From: Octopus sinensis
Taxonomy: Eukaryota
Assembly: GCF_006345805.1 (NCBI RefSeq)
Contig: NC_043003.1
Location: 109,678,001-109,742,000, forward strand
Direction: 5' to 3'
DNA length: 64,000 nucleotides
Positions within the stretch are counted from its first letter, which is position 1, and each line of letters starts with the position of its first letter. Both the position numbers and the translations under genes were made by a program. This document shows positions 1-13,940 of the stretch, piece by piece. Under the pieces are notes generated by a model. The model searched no databases and was not told the origin of the DNA. It was given only the letters and a program-made list of their open reading frames with translations.

Positions 1-361
1 ATCGTGTCAGTAGCCATCTGTTGATTGTTGTTGGTGTCTTAACCAAATAGGATGTGCACACGACCCTAGAAGTAGTCACTTCTCTACTAAAGAGGTGTTC
101 TTAACTACAGATAATGTCCGCAACAGTAACGGGAGAATTACAACGATGGCGGTGTGGTTGAGGTGGTGGTGGTTGATGGCAGGCTTTGTGATTATTGCAC
201 AAAGTAGCAAACTCCTCATATAGAAAATTTGATACAGCAAGAACTGATCTGGGAAACATAGATCGTCCTTTCCAAACAGTGCCCTACGTAATTAATAATA
301 ATTATAATAATAATAATAATAATCATATATATATATATATACACACATATATATATATATC

Positions 362-666
362 GAGGCGCAATGGCCCAGTGGTTAGGGCAGCGGACTCGCG
401 GTCGTAGGATCGCGGTTTCGATTCCCAGACCTGGCGTTGTGAGTGTTTATTGAGCGAAAACACCTAAAGCTCCACGAGGCTCCGGCAGGAGGTAGGGGCA
501 ATCCCTGCTCTACTCTTCTTTCGCTACAGATTTCTCTCACTTTTTCTTCTGTTGGCCTGCTCGGTTAGCCAGCGGGATGGCGTCATTTGAAGGCTAAAAC
601 AATGCGAAGCGCATTGTGACCAGCGATGTGTAGTAACATCTGATATCCTGGTCAGTCACGGTGATA
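362..666 (+). mobile_element. tRNA-headed SINE (head GGCGCAATGGCCCAGTGGTTAG...GTTTCGATTCC plus shared core)
   Basis: A-box/B-box-like head; first ~180 nt homologous to 44385 and 57286 copies. Confidence 0.8.
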
Positions 667-2039
667 TATATATATATATATATATATAAATGCGAAATGA
701 AGTTCTGAATATACAATTTTGATAATAATTTAAGTACTAATATGGTAGTTTAAATTATATTTATTGGTTAATTTGTTTATTATTTATTTTACTTAGAACT
801 CAATACTTCTTTATTTGTTGTAAACTTCATGCTGCAAACTAAAGCAAAAAACAAACAAACGAATAAATAACTATGCGCTAATGACGCAGGTGGATTAATC
901 AAAGGATTAAGCACAAGATATCCGAGTGAGAGGTCAGGGGTATACTTTCCATTAGGTGTACACCGTTCAGATATTACCAACGCATTTAGCTCTCACTTGC
1001 GGACGTCACGGGGGTTTACATAGGTACTACAGAGTAAAATATCTCCCCGCCCCCTTAAAGAGCCCTAATGTTATAAAATTTGGCGAATTGTACGGTGAAA
1101 CCTAGCATAAATATTAATTCATCATAGCTATCTGTAGCATACTAGTGGCCTGTCCAGAGGAGTACTTGTCTCTCATTCACAGAAATAAACGACATATGCA
1201 GTTCAGAAAACGCAAAGAAGCAAAACAAAACAAAAAAAAAACGATTTTATAACTGTGTATTGGAATTATCATTGGGATGTACACAGCAGTGTAATTTAAT
1301 TGTTTCAAAATCGATAAAATCGGTTGAAGCAGCCCGCTCTTTATCATTTTATATTCTACTTTTTTGTTCTTAATATAATGTTGGCGTTGCCTTAAGCCCA
1401 AAGCTGCAAAGATTTCCAAATGGATCTTGTCAAGGAAAAATGAAAGTCAATTTGAGACATAATAGCTTCCTTTACGTTTAGCAGGTGTCTCAGACACCTA
1501 AAATGCCTTGGTTCCGGAGTACCTTGATCACTGAGGAAGTTGCAGGTTAAAAGAGTATCCAGGAGTCATGACCTAGATGCAGTCCAACCTTGAGAGGGTC
1601 AGTCCGGGTCTTGAGAGTTAAGGGTTGAAACTCTCGTATAATTGGAAGAACTTCTGATGTTCAGTTTTTTCTAGAGCTTCTCACTACCAGTCTGAAGACT
1701 GCTCATAGCTTCTACATGCTGTCATTGAAATCGAACTGAGAGCAGTTGCATCCGATAAATATGGTTAATGTTCAGTTTAAACGTTTATAGATCAGTCGTG
1801 GCGTATGAAGACAATCCAGTAGAAAAACAAACAAACAAACAAAGTCCTCCTTTGGCTCAGATTATTAATGGTAGCAATCAACTTTTCGCTCATTTAAAGA
1901 ATTTATTATGACAATGAAGGTGTAATTTAATTTATAAAATTTCACTTATCTAATAAATATCTGACTCGCACTAAGACGTCTGATTCCAGCAGAGAATAAA
2001 CAAGAATATCTATGCTACGTATCCACTGTCAGTCATTGT

Positions 2040-3220
2040 AATTTTTTCCCTTTTCATTGCATTATCTTGAAGCTATAGAGTATTGGTTATTGTCTCGAAT
2101 ATAGCTTGCTTTGTCAATAACTTCCAGCTGCTTAATCTGTAGTATATTAACTATTAAATCTTAGCTAATTGCTTTATGCCGAGTTTAGTAATATTTCAGT
2201 CATCTAATTTCAACCGAGAGACTTAAATACTGCTTAATCAGTATTTAGCCAGTGGATACCAGCTAATTGATTTCAGTGAAACCAAATCAATAGTGTGTTA
2301 GCTATCGGATCTGAAGCAAATTAGGGTATTAGATTCCAGACACTGTCTCACCGTCTGGAATGCAGTGAACAATTGATTGTCCTGCTGGAAACTTGTAAGT
2401 AACGGCGCTATAGTTCATCAAAGATTATATAAAATACATAAGTAAGCATATATGTAAAATCTATAACGAATTTGTTGTAGGTTGTAAATTTTGAGGGAAC
2501 TTATTTTAGTGAAAGTTTGAATATACAGCTTGCTTTGTTAGTAACTTCTAGTGAATTGATTATTATTTCAATGACTGTGTTTTTTTTTTTACCTATTAAC
2601 TCCTAGCTAACTACACTCAACTAACTTGAATGTGGCTCAAACAGAAGTGCTTTCGTTGGTGAATTATAACCAATTCGAGTGCAATTTAATTAGAAATGCA
2701 CCTCAGCTAAATAGTTTTGAGAGCTTATTTATTAATACATGTTTGTCAACTAGTTGGGGTCCATACAGTTTAAGTATTAATGTATTCCATCCAATTTGTT
2801 CAAGTGCAGCTTAATCAGTAATGTAAGTCTGCCAATTGGTTTGAATGTGACTAAAACATCGTTGTTTTGGTAACTAAAACATTAATGTTGTTTTAGTTAA
2901 TTGGTTCAAAAGAAAAAAAAAGAAAAAGAAAAGGAAGAAAAATGAGTGCACCCTAATCAGTGATGCCTCTAATTTAATTGATACTAGTAAAAATTTATCA
3001 GTAATGCATTGAAGCCAGTTGATTTGAGTGCAGCTTAATCAACATCAATGACATATCTCAGTCAACTGGGTGTTAGCTTAATCATGATTATTTTTCAGCC
3101 AATTGGTTGGAGTGCAGTTTAATCAGTAATCAATTGTTTTGCTTTTAGTTTATTTGGTTGTGTTTAAAGCCATCAAGTGGCCATCAAGTGACAGCTAAAT
3201 TGGCTTCTGTTGATTGAGTC
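2040..3220. repeat. Decayed minisatellite, ~41-47 bp period (consensus ~CAGCCAATTGGTTTGAGTGCAGCTTAATCAGTAAT)
   Basis: GAGTGCA(G)CTTAATCA-like anchors recur at about 2678, 2803, 2944, 3026, 3109, spaced at multiples of ~42. Confidence 0.55.
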
Positions 3221-3989
3221 TTTTCATGACAGGAAACACGCAACTCTCAATTACAGAGAAAAATGTGTCTTTGATTCGTTATCATTACAGACAATTCGTT
3301 TTAAAAAAAAAGAAGTCGGAATTTATTTCTTATTTATAGATTTTTGTTTTTGATATTGGGCGGCAGAAGCAAAAGCACAAAGTCTAATTATTCTTCAAAG
3401 ATTTGTTTCTAAACTAAAGTCGCTAACAGGTGTGTAATGCAACTGGAGAAAGTTTTCAAAGAAACATCAAGAACAGCGGAAGACAAATTAATGATTGTCT
3501 TTAATGGAAACAAGAGAAAGAGAGAGGGAAAAATATAATAATATTGTTAAAACACATGTTATATTGTGACCAGACTGGCTAACAAACAAACAAACACTAA
3601 AGGACACTAAATACAAAGCGAAGTTAACTAAACTGAAATGGTGACTGCGTTTACAATTTGCTTTGTGTTCTCTATAAAACAGAATTCATGTTCAATATAC
3701 GATTTTCTTTCTCTGCGTGTCATTCAGTATCAAATACAACTTTGATCAAAATCATTCCAACCGTGACTAATCTCTTTTTTTTGTTGCAATTACGTTTTAT
3801 CTAAGACTACATTACACAATATGCCCTTTCTTTTTACAGGTTTAGGTTGGGAGAAAGAAATTTGAGGGAAATTTAGTTACTATTTCTAGGAGTTCGAGGA
3901 CCCCTTATAAGTTCCTCTATTTATTGTAAATTAATGTATAGCAGATCAAGAACTAAGCTCCCGATGAGAAAGACACGAATGGTACAACT

Positions 3990-4160
3990 CTCTCGTCACA
4001 TATCCCACGTGTCTCCTCTTGTTGAGACAAAATGGAAAAAGCAGAACAAGAGGAAACACGCAGGATAAAGAATCGCCGAAGAGGTCACGGGATGTGTGAC
4101 GAAAGAGCTTTGACAAAGAAACTAATATAATAAGAATAATAAAGCTGAGGTACAACTTTC
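3990..4160 (+). mobile_element. Penelope-like/retrozyme-like repeat remnant with hammerhead-like core (4076-4112)
   Basis: CCGAAGA-G-GTCAC-loop-GTGAC-GAAA; homologous to 59822-59866 on the - strand. Confidence 0.45.
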
Positions 4161-4229
4161 ACCCTACAATAAAATAGAGATACAACCTTTTTTAGCTAAT
4201 GAAATAGAGGGAACTGTAATAGTGGACGT

Positions 4230-4790
4230 GATTATGATAGGGTGAGGGTAATTCTGATATTTATGGAGTTTGGAGGCGACTGTGATAGCAGTGGTAACTG
4301 TGCTAGTTGGGTGATGTAATACGGAGGTAACAGATAATCCAGGTGCGTTGTATCGGTGATAATTATGATAGGAGGTGTATGTGACACGGAGGAACTTGAT
4401 AGTTGGGATACGAGGTAGTGGTACCATATGTAATATGGAGGTAATTGTGGTGAAGGAGGTACGTAATAAAGGTAGTAATTATAACGGCGGTGTGAGATAG
4501 TGGTGAATGTGTAGTAGAGGTACTTGTATGGAGGTACTTGTAATTAGGCATGAAGATACCTGGGATAGTGGAGGCGTGTGATATGTAGGTACATGTGGTA
4601 ATTGTAATAAAAGTATGCGATATGGAGGTATTTGATATAAAGATAACAGCAGTCGTCGAGGTAAGAGAATAATTGTGATAACTGAGTTATGAGATGTGGA
4701 GGGATCAAATAGTGGCCGCAATTTTGATTGTAGTGGTATGAAATAGTGGGAATTGCTTGTGGAGGTAACTTTTGATTGTAAGAGCAGACA
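4230..4790. repeat. Degenerate GGAGGTA/GTGATA low-complexity repeat
   Basis: GGAGGT(A) recurs every ~30-60 nt; the ORFs here are low-complexity artefacts. Confidence 0.5.
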
Positions 4791-4984
4791 CATTTATGTT
4801 GAAACTCATAGATTGACATCTTTTATTTAATTTGTTATTTATAAATTGGGTGAAAAAATGTTTCAAATCTATCTGGCTCAAGTGCAGTTATATGAGAGCG
4901 CAGAGAGCATTAAAATATTATAACCAACAATATAGAAAAGACCAATTCAAATAATCAGCCCTGAGCCTCATAAAAATAGTACAA

Positions 4985-5198
4985 ATATTCCTTTCTACAT
5001 AAGGCTCAAGGCCTGAAAATTTGAGGGGTGGGATAATCGATTACATCGATCCTTAGAGTTCAACTGATACTAACTTTATCGATCCCGAAAGGATGCTAGG
5101 TAAAGTCGACCTCGTCGGCATTTGAACCCGAAACGTAAAGAGCCGGATGAAAGAATTTTGTCCGTCATGCTAACGACTCTGACAGCTCGCCGCCGCCT
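4985..5198 (-). mobile_element. SINE, family sharing the core GAGGTCGACTTTGCCTTTCATCCTTTCGGGGTCGATAAA
   Basis: Reverse-complement similarity to 18565-18792; further copies at ~8550-8730 and ~8795-9000 (-). Confidence 0.65.
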
Positions 5199-5709
5199 TA
5201 TTACGAGCAAATGACAATTTAAATTATCACAGTACATAGTTAACAAATTGAAAGATTGTCGGAATGCAAAGAAAAACTGTTAACAGTTCACAGTTTGTCA
5301 CTGGAACCCGATCTAAGAAGAATGAGAAGGCAAGGTGACTGGTTTTGAACTCAAAACGAAAAGGAAAGCAGCGAAATACTGCAAAGCAATTGACATGATT
5401 CTCTACCATTTCTGCCAACCCATCGCACAGTGCCAATTCTGTAATGACTATAACAACCACAGTCATGTGTGGGAAGATACACAAAGAGAAATAGTTCATC
5501 TGTGTCTCTACACACATAGATATGGTTATTTATATATTTGCAAGAAAATTCTTTTTTTTGTTGTCTCTCATTGTCTCCGTTTGTTTATCTTTCTGTCTAT
5601 CTGTTTGTCTCTCTCTTTCTGTCCCCCCACCATCACGCACGTGCGCGCACATTAAAGTAGACAGACCGACACTTAATTAAGAACGTATGAAATATCTGTA
5701 GGAAATAGT

Positions 5710-5717
5710 GATATATA

Positions 5718-5767
<50 letters not shown>

Positions 5768-5899
5768 AAAAACAAGATTGACACCAGGAAAACACCCACC
5801 CACACACACACAGATATAGATATACATGCATACACACACACACACTCATGCACACATATATATGTATGTATGTATGTATGTATCTATCTATCTATCTGC

Positions 5900-5951
<52 letters not shown>

Positions 5952-6030
5952 ACGTAGATAGATATAGCTATACATATGTACATGCACACACACACACACA
6001 CACATATATGCATATCACTCCATATAGATA
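5710..6030. repeat. Compound microsatellite (TA/CA/TCTA); representative of dozens of similar tracts (e.g. 9690-9880, 13790-13970, 17640-17715, 36855-37015, 45163-45222, 52840-52910)
   Basis: Direct reading; these tracts generate most ORF-track entries. Confidence 0.9.
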
Positions 6031-6465
6031 AATATATACCTACATGATCACGTGCTCGCACATACATTTCTAAGGACGCATACAGACAAAACTTTGAATG
6101 TTGCTAATCCGCAATATTTATTTATCTTTTTTTTGTTTGTTTTTGAGCAGGAAAATATAATTATTGCAGACAGAATGATGAAGTCATGTTTACTCATACA
6201 TAACAAAACAATGGAAAACAGAAATACATGGCTAAACACGCACGCACACACACACACACACATTCGGATGCGCACGCACGCACACTCACTTCTATGCATA
6301 CACTCATGTACACTACCACATATGCACATACCCATACTAAGATCCATGCAAACACCCACATAAACACCTACTCACACATAATACATCGTAGGTGTTATCA
6401 TGAATAAAGCTTGATTTCTCTCTCTTGATAAATACATACATGGATACAGACATCTCTCTCTGTAT

Positions 6466-6554
<89 letters not shown>

Positions 6555-6566
6555 TATATATATATA

Positions 6567-7603
6567 TTAAGGTATGTAGAAAAATACAACACGGACAAGA
6601 ACGTATAACTCATAGAAGACGATACAATAAACATGGACAGGACATTCGAACCCCTCAGTCTTCAGTCAAGAACCGGATCATCGTAGTAATTTCGGCTGAT
6701 TAATCTTGAGATTACTAGATCACGGCCAGCCCTCCAAGAAAAACTAAGCTGGAAGCGTAGATTTCCTGGAAGAAGGATCGAATGCATACGAACACCAGGA
6801 CAGCAAAAGGGACAGATATAAAAAAAACAAAACAATAATGGAATACAGAAACATGAAATACAGAAGCATTAACGGTGAAAACAACAAGTGTCTTACGACT
6901 GATAACAAGCAAACAAATTTTTTCTCTGGCGCATTGGAAAAAGCCTTTATAGCGGCGGACGAAGAACAACGATGTTAACACGACGAGGGTCAGGAGCTGA
7001 AAGGCAGATTTCGGCCAACAGTCACGTGACAGAGAAGAGGGAAAAGAAAAGAAAGAGAAGAGAGAGAGAGAAAAGGGGGACAAAACGCAACAAAGAGAGA
7101 GAAGAGAGAGAAAGAAGGAATCAGAGAGGAGAAGGGATGGGTGTCGAAGAATGACCTGTGAGTGCAGAGCGAGACAAAGAAATAGGAGGGTAGTGGAAGA
7201 CGAGACCAAAGGATCAGAGGAAAGAGAAGATGAATAGAGAGAAAGTAAAAATGAGAGAGAGAGAGAGACAAACAGAGAGTCGTACCAATTATTAAGAATA
7301 TGTGTTCACATTAATGATAAAGGGGGTACGGGGCGCCTGGAATATATGTTAAGGTATGTAGAAAAATACAACACGGACAAGAACGTATAACTCATAGAAG
7401 ACGATACAATAAACATGGACAGGACATTCGAACCCCTCAGTCTTCAGTCAAGAACCGGATCATCGTAGTAATTTCGGCTGATTAATCTTGAGATTACTAG
7501 ATCACGGCCAGCCCTCCAAGAAAAACTAAGCTGGAAGCGTAGATTTCCTGGAAGAAGGATCGAATGCATACGAACACCAGGACAGCAAAAGGGACAGATA
7601 TAA
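6567..7603 (-). mobile_element. 1037-bp element: identical 255-bp direct repeats (6567-6821, 7349-7603) around a 527-bp non-coding core, embedded in (TA)n
   Basis: The two repeats read identical by eye; no TG..CA ends; core has the palindrome GTCACGTGAC (7021) and - strand CTATAAAG. Confidence 0.7.
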
Positions 7604-7689
7604 TATATATATATATATGCTTGCATGTATTTGTGGGCGTGTGTGTGTTTGCAATATGTTATTTATGAATTTTGTATCCTTATATATCC

Positions 7690-8000
7690 GTGTATTATTC
7701 CATCTGCCTGATTCTCGAGCCGGCCAACCAGTGAGACAATCAGACTTACAGACCATCCTTTACGTAACAAAACTTTATCTTGTTTTATCTCTCTTTTTAT
7801 CTCATTTCTCCTTTCTCAACCCTACCCACTGAACATACCCTTCCGCCACACCGACCAACACATCTGCTCACACCGCTTCACTTCCGCCATATTTCATCAT
7901 GACACAACACAAACTTGAAAAAAAAAACCCCGAAAACTCCGAAAACAAAAAAAAACCACACACACAAAAAGGTTCGTAAAAGAGAGTGGGTGAGGGAAAG
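7690..8000. promoter_or_regulatory. Promoter-like GC-enriched island with a composite YY1/ETS-type motif (CACTTCCGCCATATTT)
   Basis: Non-repetitive, CpG-containing; CCGCCATATT overlaps CACTTCCG; donor-like sites on both strands (+ TGG|gtgagg ~7990; - AGG|gtatgt at 7838). Confidence 0.3.
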
Positions 8001-9788
8001 GGAGAGGAAAAGGATGTGACTGAAAGAGGAAGATGAGAGAGAGAGAGAGAGCGAGAGAAAGAGAGAGAGAGAGTGCTACTGACAAAATGGAAGCAAATAT
8101 ACACATCGAAGGATTTGGTTGATGGTATGAACAGTGGTAAGAAATAAACCAGTGTGTGAAAAATACACCCCACCACACAAAAAAAACAACAAAAAAACAA
8201 AAACAATCTGAATGATTAATAATCTTTTAATTGGTTAATGTTTTAAGAGTATTTGCTAATTTTCAAACACAGCAAAGCTCCTATCTTGTTTTGGAAAAAA
8301 ATTACTTCTGTCTTAGTTATGATCCTCTATTATATTTTCACCCATACTCTACTGTAGGAATAGTAACACATTTCCCCGTGTATGGTGTTTTATGTAAAAC
8401 AAAGATGACTTTAATAGAATTTGAACTGTTGTGAACGGCTAGAACAGTGGACCGTTTTTTTTTTTTTGTGATAGCTTAGTAATCAATTCTGCCACCCAAC
8501 GCCTATTGAAATATACTAATAAGAACGTTGTGTATAAAAGAAATAAATATTGATTTCAGATTTTGGTACAAGGCCAGCAATTTCGTGAGATTACATCGAC
8601 TGGTTTATCGACTCCGAAAGGACGACAAAGCAGAATCTACCTTGGTTAAAAGTGAACTCATAACACAAAGACAGACAAAATGCCGTCAAGCGTTTTACGC
8701 GGCGTGCTAACAATTCTGCCAGATTGCCAACCTATTAAAGAAATAGATATTAAATGAAATACAAATTAGACTAAATAGTAGCTATAATAAATGCTTCAAA
8801 TTTTGGTACAAGGCATGAAATTTAAGTGGGATGGGTAAGACGATTATACTGACATCAGTACTTGACTGGTAGTTTATTTAATTGCCCCGAAAGGATGAAA
8901 TGTAAACTTGACATTTGCGGTGTCTGAAGTCAGAACGTAAAGAGCCGGAAGAGATGCTGATAAGCATTTTTTCCGACGTTGGAATGTTTCTGCCAACTTA
9001 AATAAATAATTTTAGTCTCGTTTATCTTTTTCCAAAACAACTTCGTCTAATTCTGTGGTGATTTGAAAAGAACAGAAAGGCGGGTGTGTGTGTGTGTGAG
9101 AGAGAGAGTGAGTGAGAGAGAGAGAGAGAGTAAGAGAGAGAGAGAAAGAAAGAGAGAGAGAGGAGAGAGAGAGAAACTGACAGAAATACAATAGAATTAT
9201 CGGTGATTTAAGCTACCATGAATGGTTTATTTGAAATGTAGACTTGATGAAATAATTAAACTTAGATTAAATTAGGTCTTAGCCACCTGGAAAGTGTTAT
9301 GCAGCCCCACCTTTCTTTCTATCTGTTTGTCTGTCTTTCTCTCTCCTCACATAAAAGCACAGCAAATTTCGTTGCGCTTGTCTCAGTTTCTCATCGTCCT
9401 GGAGTCGATGAAATAAAGTGTCATTGAAATGTTGGGAATCGCTCATAGTATTATCATATATTCTATAAAAGGTTGGAATTATCAAAGAGGATAAGGACGA
9501 AGCAACAAGGGAGCCTGTAACGTTGCTGCTTGACCTGCGCGAATTAGCATCAAAATCTCTCTTAAATTATGCACTTACCACTTTCAAAGAAGGAAGGCTA
9601 AAATAGTAAATCTATATATACTACCAGATTAAGGTTAGCCGGTACTCTTTTGAGCTCAGCTCAGCCTGAGCAGAGCTGCCTTTGAAAGCATCAACACACA
9701 CACACGCACACACAGACGCACACACACACACACACAGACGCACACACAGACGCACGCACACACACACAACACACACAAACACACACAA

Positions 9789-9822
<34 letters not shown>

Positions 9823-11845
9823 ACAAACACACACACACACACACACACGCACACAGACACAGACACACACACACACACGTGTATAACACGTACGCTTAAT
9901 ACTGAGATCTATAAATATTAGAATAACTTAATATGCTTTAGTTTCTTCTCTTACGAAACTAAAATAAAGAAACATCAACCGTTTAAAAACAGTAAATTTC
10001 AACATATAGAAATGCATTCGTAATAGCCATTGCTTGAAATTAAGCTAATGTTAAATTTTATCTAAATACTTATAGAAAAGCTATATGCTCATTGAATACC
10101 TGGGTGCTCTGAAAAATGCGCAAATCTTCCATTTAATGAAATCATCTCTACACATATCATAAATGCTCTGTTGATCAACGTGTTTGTATTAGGCATAGTC
10201 TGAAAAACCCTGCCTGTCGTCATCAACGAGCAAAGATGCCAAACGTAATCTTCAACTACAAACAATACAAATAAAAAACAAAACAAGTGTTTGGCAATAA
10301 CGTTCCGAGCTTCGTGCAACTTTTCAAATTACTATTCGTAAGTGCGACAACTAACGTGGAGGAGATTCTCTTAAAAATATTTCGGCCGCCAGCACGGCTG
10401 TCGATGGCGATTTTTATCGGCTGGGCATGATATTAGGCGTGTTAAAATAGTTTTATGCATGATCGTAGATTTGTGTGCAAGAAACCTCTATTGGTTTTGA
10501 AAGAAAGCCATTGAATAAACAAATAGCAATCGATCATTTACAACATAACCTGCAGAAACTGGAAGTTGTTAAGTGCTTGTGTAAGACGAAATATGAACCA
10601 CTAGAAATTTTAAGATATTCGTATTAACTAACTAAATAAATAAATAAAGAAAAAACGAAATCTATACGAAATCTATGATTTTAACAAACATCTTCTACGA
10701 GTTTTAACGAAATGATTATCTCCTTTGTAATTGCTGTGACCGTCAAAAGAACCAGATGTACGTAAAGATATATTTTGTGATAAATATAATGAGCAGTGCA
10801 ATTCCTAGACAGCAGATTCAATCCATCGCCCGTTAGAACACCAATAATTGGTACTTTGGATACCGTTAAAAAGCCACTTCGTTGCCAGCATTCAGATTAG
10901 GTTACCAGTTTGAGAATAACTTCTTCGGGCACTGCCCTTCCATCCTGAATAAATGATTAAAAACAAACAAATAAAAAAGTAGGAAAATCAAAATGTCGTT
11001 CGAGTTCAGTTTGATGCAATAAAGAGAGGACGAAAAAATTTCATTAGAATATTTCTATTGAATTTAGGTTTCAGTATTGCATCGTTAATAACATTTTCTC
11101 ACCACTGTTGTCTGTTATATTGCTTATTTCAAATATACGTTTAGATTTCACAGATTTCATGTCGATAATAAACTGTCCAAACCCTCCTGTCCGTCGTGAT
11201 ATTACAATTAAAACTATGAAATACAATAAAATACAATAAAATAGAATAAGCCTGACATTCTATAGAATATCTACGCATTATATATATATATAATGAAATA
11301 GACTGCTAAGCTTCAATGACTGAGTAACTTTGTATTCAGAATTGGCCGCACAAGAACAAATATGTTTACTAATTATAATGTTTACACACACACACACACA
11401 CACACACCACACACACAGAGACAGAGACAGACACACACATTTATGTGTTTCTCTGTATGCATGAATGTATGTATGTATATATATATGTATGTGTGTATAT
11501 ATATAGGTATGTATGTATATGTATATATATATATATTCACACGTATGTGTACCAATATAATATATAGTATTCAGATATAATGTATAAATATAACATGTAT
11601 GAATGTATATATGAATATGTGTGTGTCTTTGAGGATAATGTATACTTAGGTGTGTTTACGTTTATGTGTTAGTGTGTGTATGTTTGAACGATAGATGAAG
11701 AGAATTGGTGCATCGAATAAAGGTGCACAACTGTTTTTAGTTTTTGCATAGTTATGAGCCCTTGCGTTTCTCACGAGATCAATGAAGTACCACACAAAGT
11801 GCTTCGAGTGATATATTCCAGAAATATTTTATGTATGTGTGTGTT

Positions 11846-12270
11846 CTTTTATTCTTTTATTTGCTTCGGTCATTTGACTGGCCATGCTGGAGCACCGCCT
11901 TTAGTCGAACAAATCGACCCCAGGACTTATTCTTTGTAAGCCTAGTACTTATTCTACCGGCCTCTTTTGCCGAACCGGTAAGTTACGGGGACGTAAACGC
12001 ACCAATATCGGTTGTCAAGCGATAGTGGTGGGGGTCAAACAGAGACACACACACACACACAATCACACACAGACGCACACACACACACACACATATATAT
12101 ATACACATACATACACACGACAGGCTTCTTTCTGTTTCCGTCTACCAAATCCACTCACAAGGCTTTGGTCGGCCCGAGGCTAGGGTAAAAGACACTTGCC
12201 CAAGGTGCTACGCAGTGGGACCGAACCCAGAACCATGTGGTTGGTAAGGAAGCTACTTACCACACAGCCA
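11846..12270 (-). mobile_element. SINE with internal (CA)n, family GGCGTAGGAGTGGCTGTGTGGTAAG... ending ...GCATGGCCGCAGTCAAATGAC
   Basis: Reverse-complement similarity to 52062-52290 and 61172-61545. Confidence 0.8.
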
Positions 12271-12468
12271 ATTGTATTCAAACGTTGACAAATAAAAAAG
12301 AGAACTCAGCATATGTTATAAGGTATATGGTTAATTTAAGTTGAATCGGGTTTCACGTCACATCGATCATCAGACTTCTTATTTATGTATGTATGTGTGT
12401 ATAAATGTATACACTTGTATTTGTGTATGTATATGTGTGTATGTATGCATATATATGTATGTATATAT

Positions 12469-12502
<34 letters not shown>

Positions 12503-13022
12503 GTCTTTATATGTATGCATATCGATATGTGTATCTACCTATCTAACTACCTATGTATATTTGTACATAGGTATATATTTGTCTGTGTATGACTTTATAA
12601 ATTTATAACTTCTGAAATTCCTTCAGTTGAAATAAACAAATAACCCCATTCCCCAACACCCATATATCATATAGCTGGCAACGTATATAATATGTAAATC
12701 TGACATGTTTCGAAGTATGGAAATTAACAGGGTAGGCAACAAGAACATCATAAATATAACTGTAGATACACATATTTATGTATCTGTATATCTATTTGAA
12801 TAGTATATATATATTTGACACAGCCATGTAAGTCTGCAATATGTTTTATACATTCCTCGTAAAACAAAATAAAAAATGCACATACATACACACACATGCA
12901 CACACACTCACATATACACATATACACATAAAAAATTGTATATGGCATCTATGAAAAACTTCTATAAGACATCACTGCAGCTGCTATCTTAATTAAGTAT
13001 GCATAAAACAGAATATGAAGTG

Positions 13023-13058
<36 letters not shown>

Positions 13059-13788
13059 GGAGAGAGAGAGAGAGAGAGAGAGAAGTGGGGGAGAAGAAAG
13101 GAATGGTTGAGGTTGGAGACTGCAGTAATTATGTTAATAAGTACGAATATCTGTACGAAAAAAATGTGATGAATTAACATAAACCTGAATTAGTTCCACT
13201 GGTCATTCTCTTGAAGTTACTTTCTAAATGACACACACACACACACACACACACACAAATCTCTCATTCTCTCTCTCTTTCTTCCGCACACAAATGCACA
13301 CAGACACACGAACACACACACACACACACACACACATGTAAATACATTCGGATAAACACCTTTTACACATACACATAGACACGAATAAATATGCTATTTC
13401 TCTTTACGTAAGGAAATTTAAATTATATATGTGTGTGTGTGTATATATAAAGTACTATATATTAGTAACTACTTTGATATGTGTAACCTTATATTGCATA
13501 TTAATTTTGAAAAATAACATAATAAAGTAACACACACACACACATATTATATCCAGCATGTCTACACACACGTATATATTTCTGATTATATACCTTTATG
13601 TGTGTGTTGAATAAGTAACCACATTTGCTTTACATTATTATTATAATCAATTGCTTTATCGTCAAATCTCTCAACCAGTTGTTTGTTTGCGTGTATCTGT
13701 GTATGACACGGTAAGTGTCGTTCGGGAAAACGACATTGCGTGTGCGTATGTTTTGAGTGTCTGTGCATGCTGCTAGTGCGTGCGTATA

Positions 13789-13819
<31 letters not shown>

Positions 13820-13846
13820 GTTTCTCTCTGTCTCTCTGCCTCTCTC

Positions 13847-13894
<48 letters not shown>

Positions 13895-13899
13895 TCTCT

Positions 13900-13940
<41 letters not shown>

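Noticed and set aside
362-440. tRNA gene calls for SINE heads (also 16214, 44385, 57286)
   Set aside because: A/B boxes are present, but there is no complete cloverleaf acceptor stem and the heads continue into shared SINE cores.
7420-7455. Active hammerhead in the 255-bp direct repeats (- strand CUGAAGA...UUCGAAUGUC)
   Set aside because: GAAA is altered to GAAU and no stem I pairing; at most a decayed remnant.
9350-9390. CATAAAAG plus TCAGTT as TnT core promoter
   Set aside because: Spacing (~35 nt) is slightly off and no convincing downstream donor was found.
9579-9597. Minus-strand 19-nt exon with gtaagt donor
   Set aside because: Lies in sequence resembling a repeat tail; probably coincidental.
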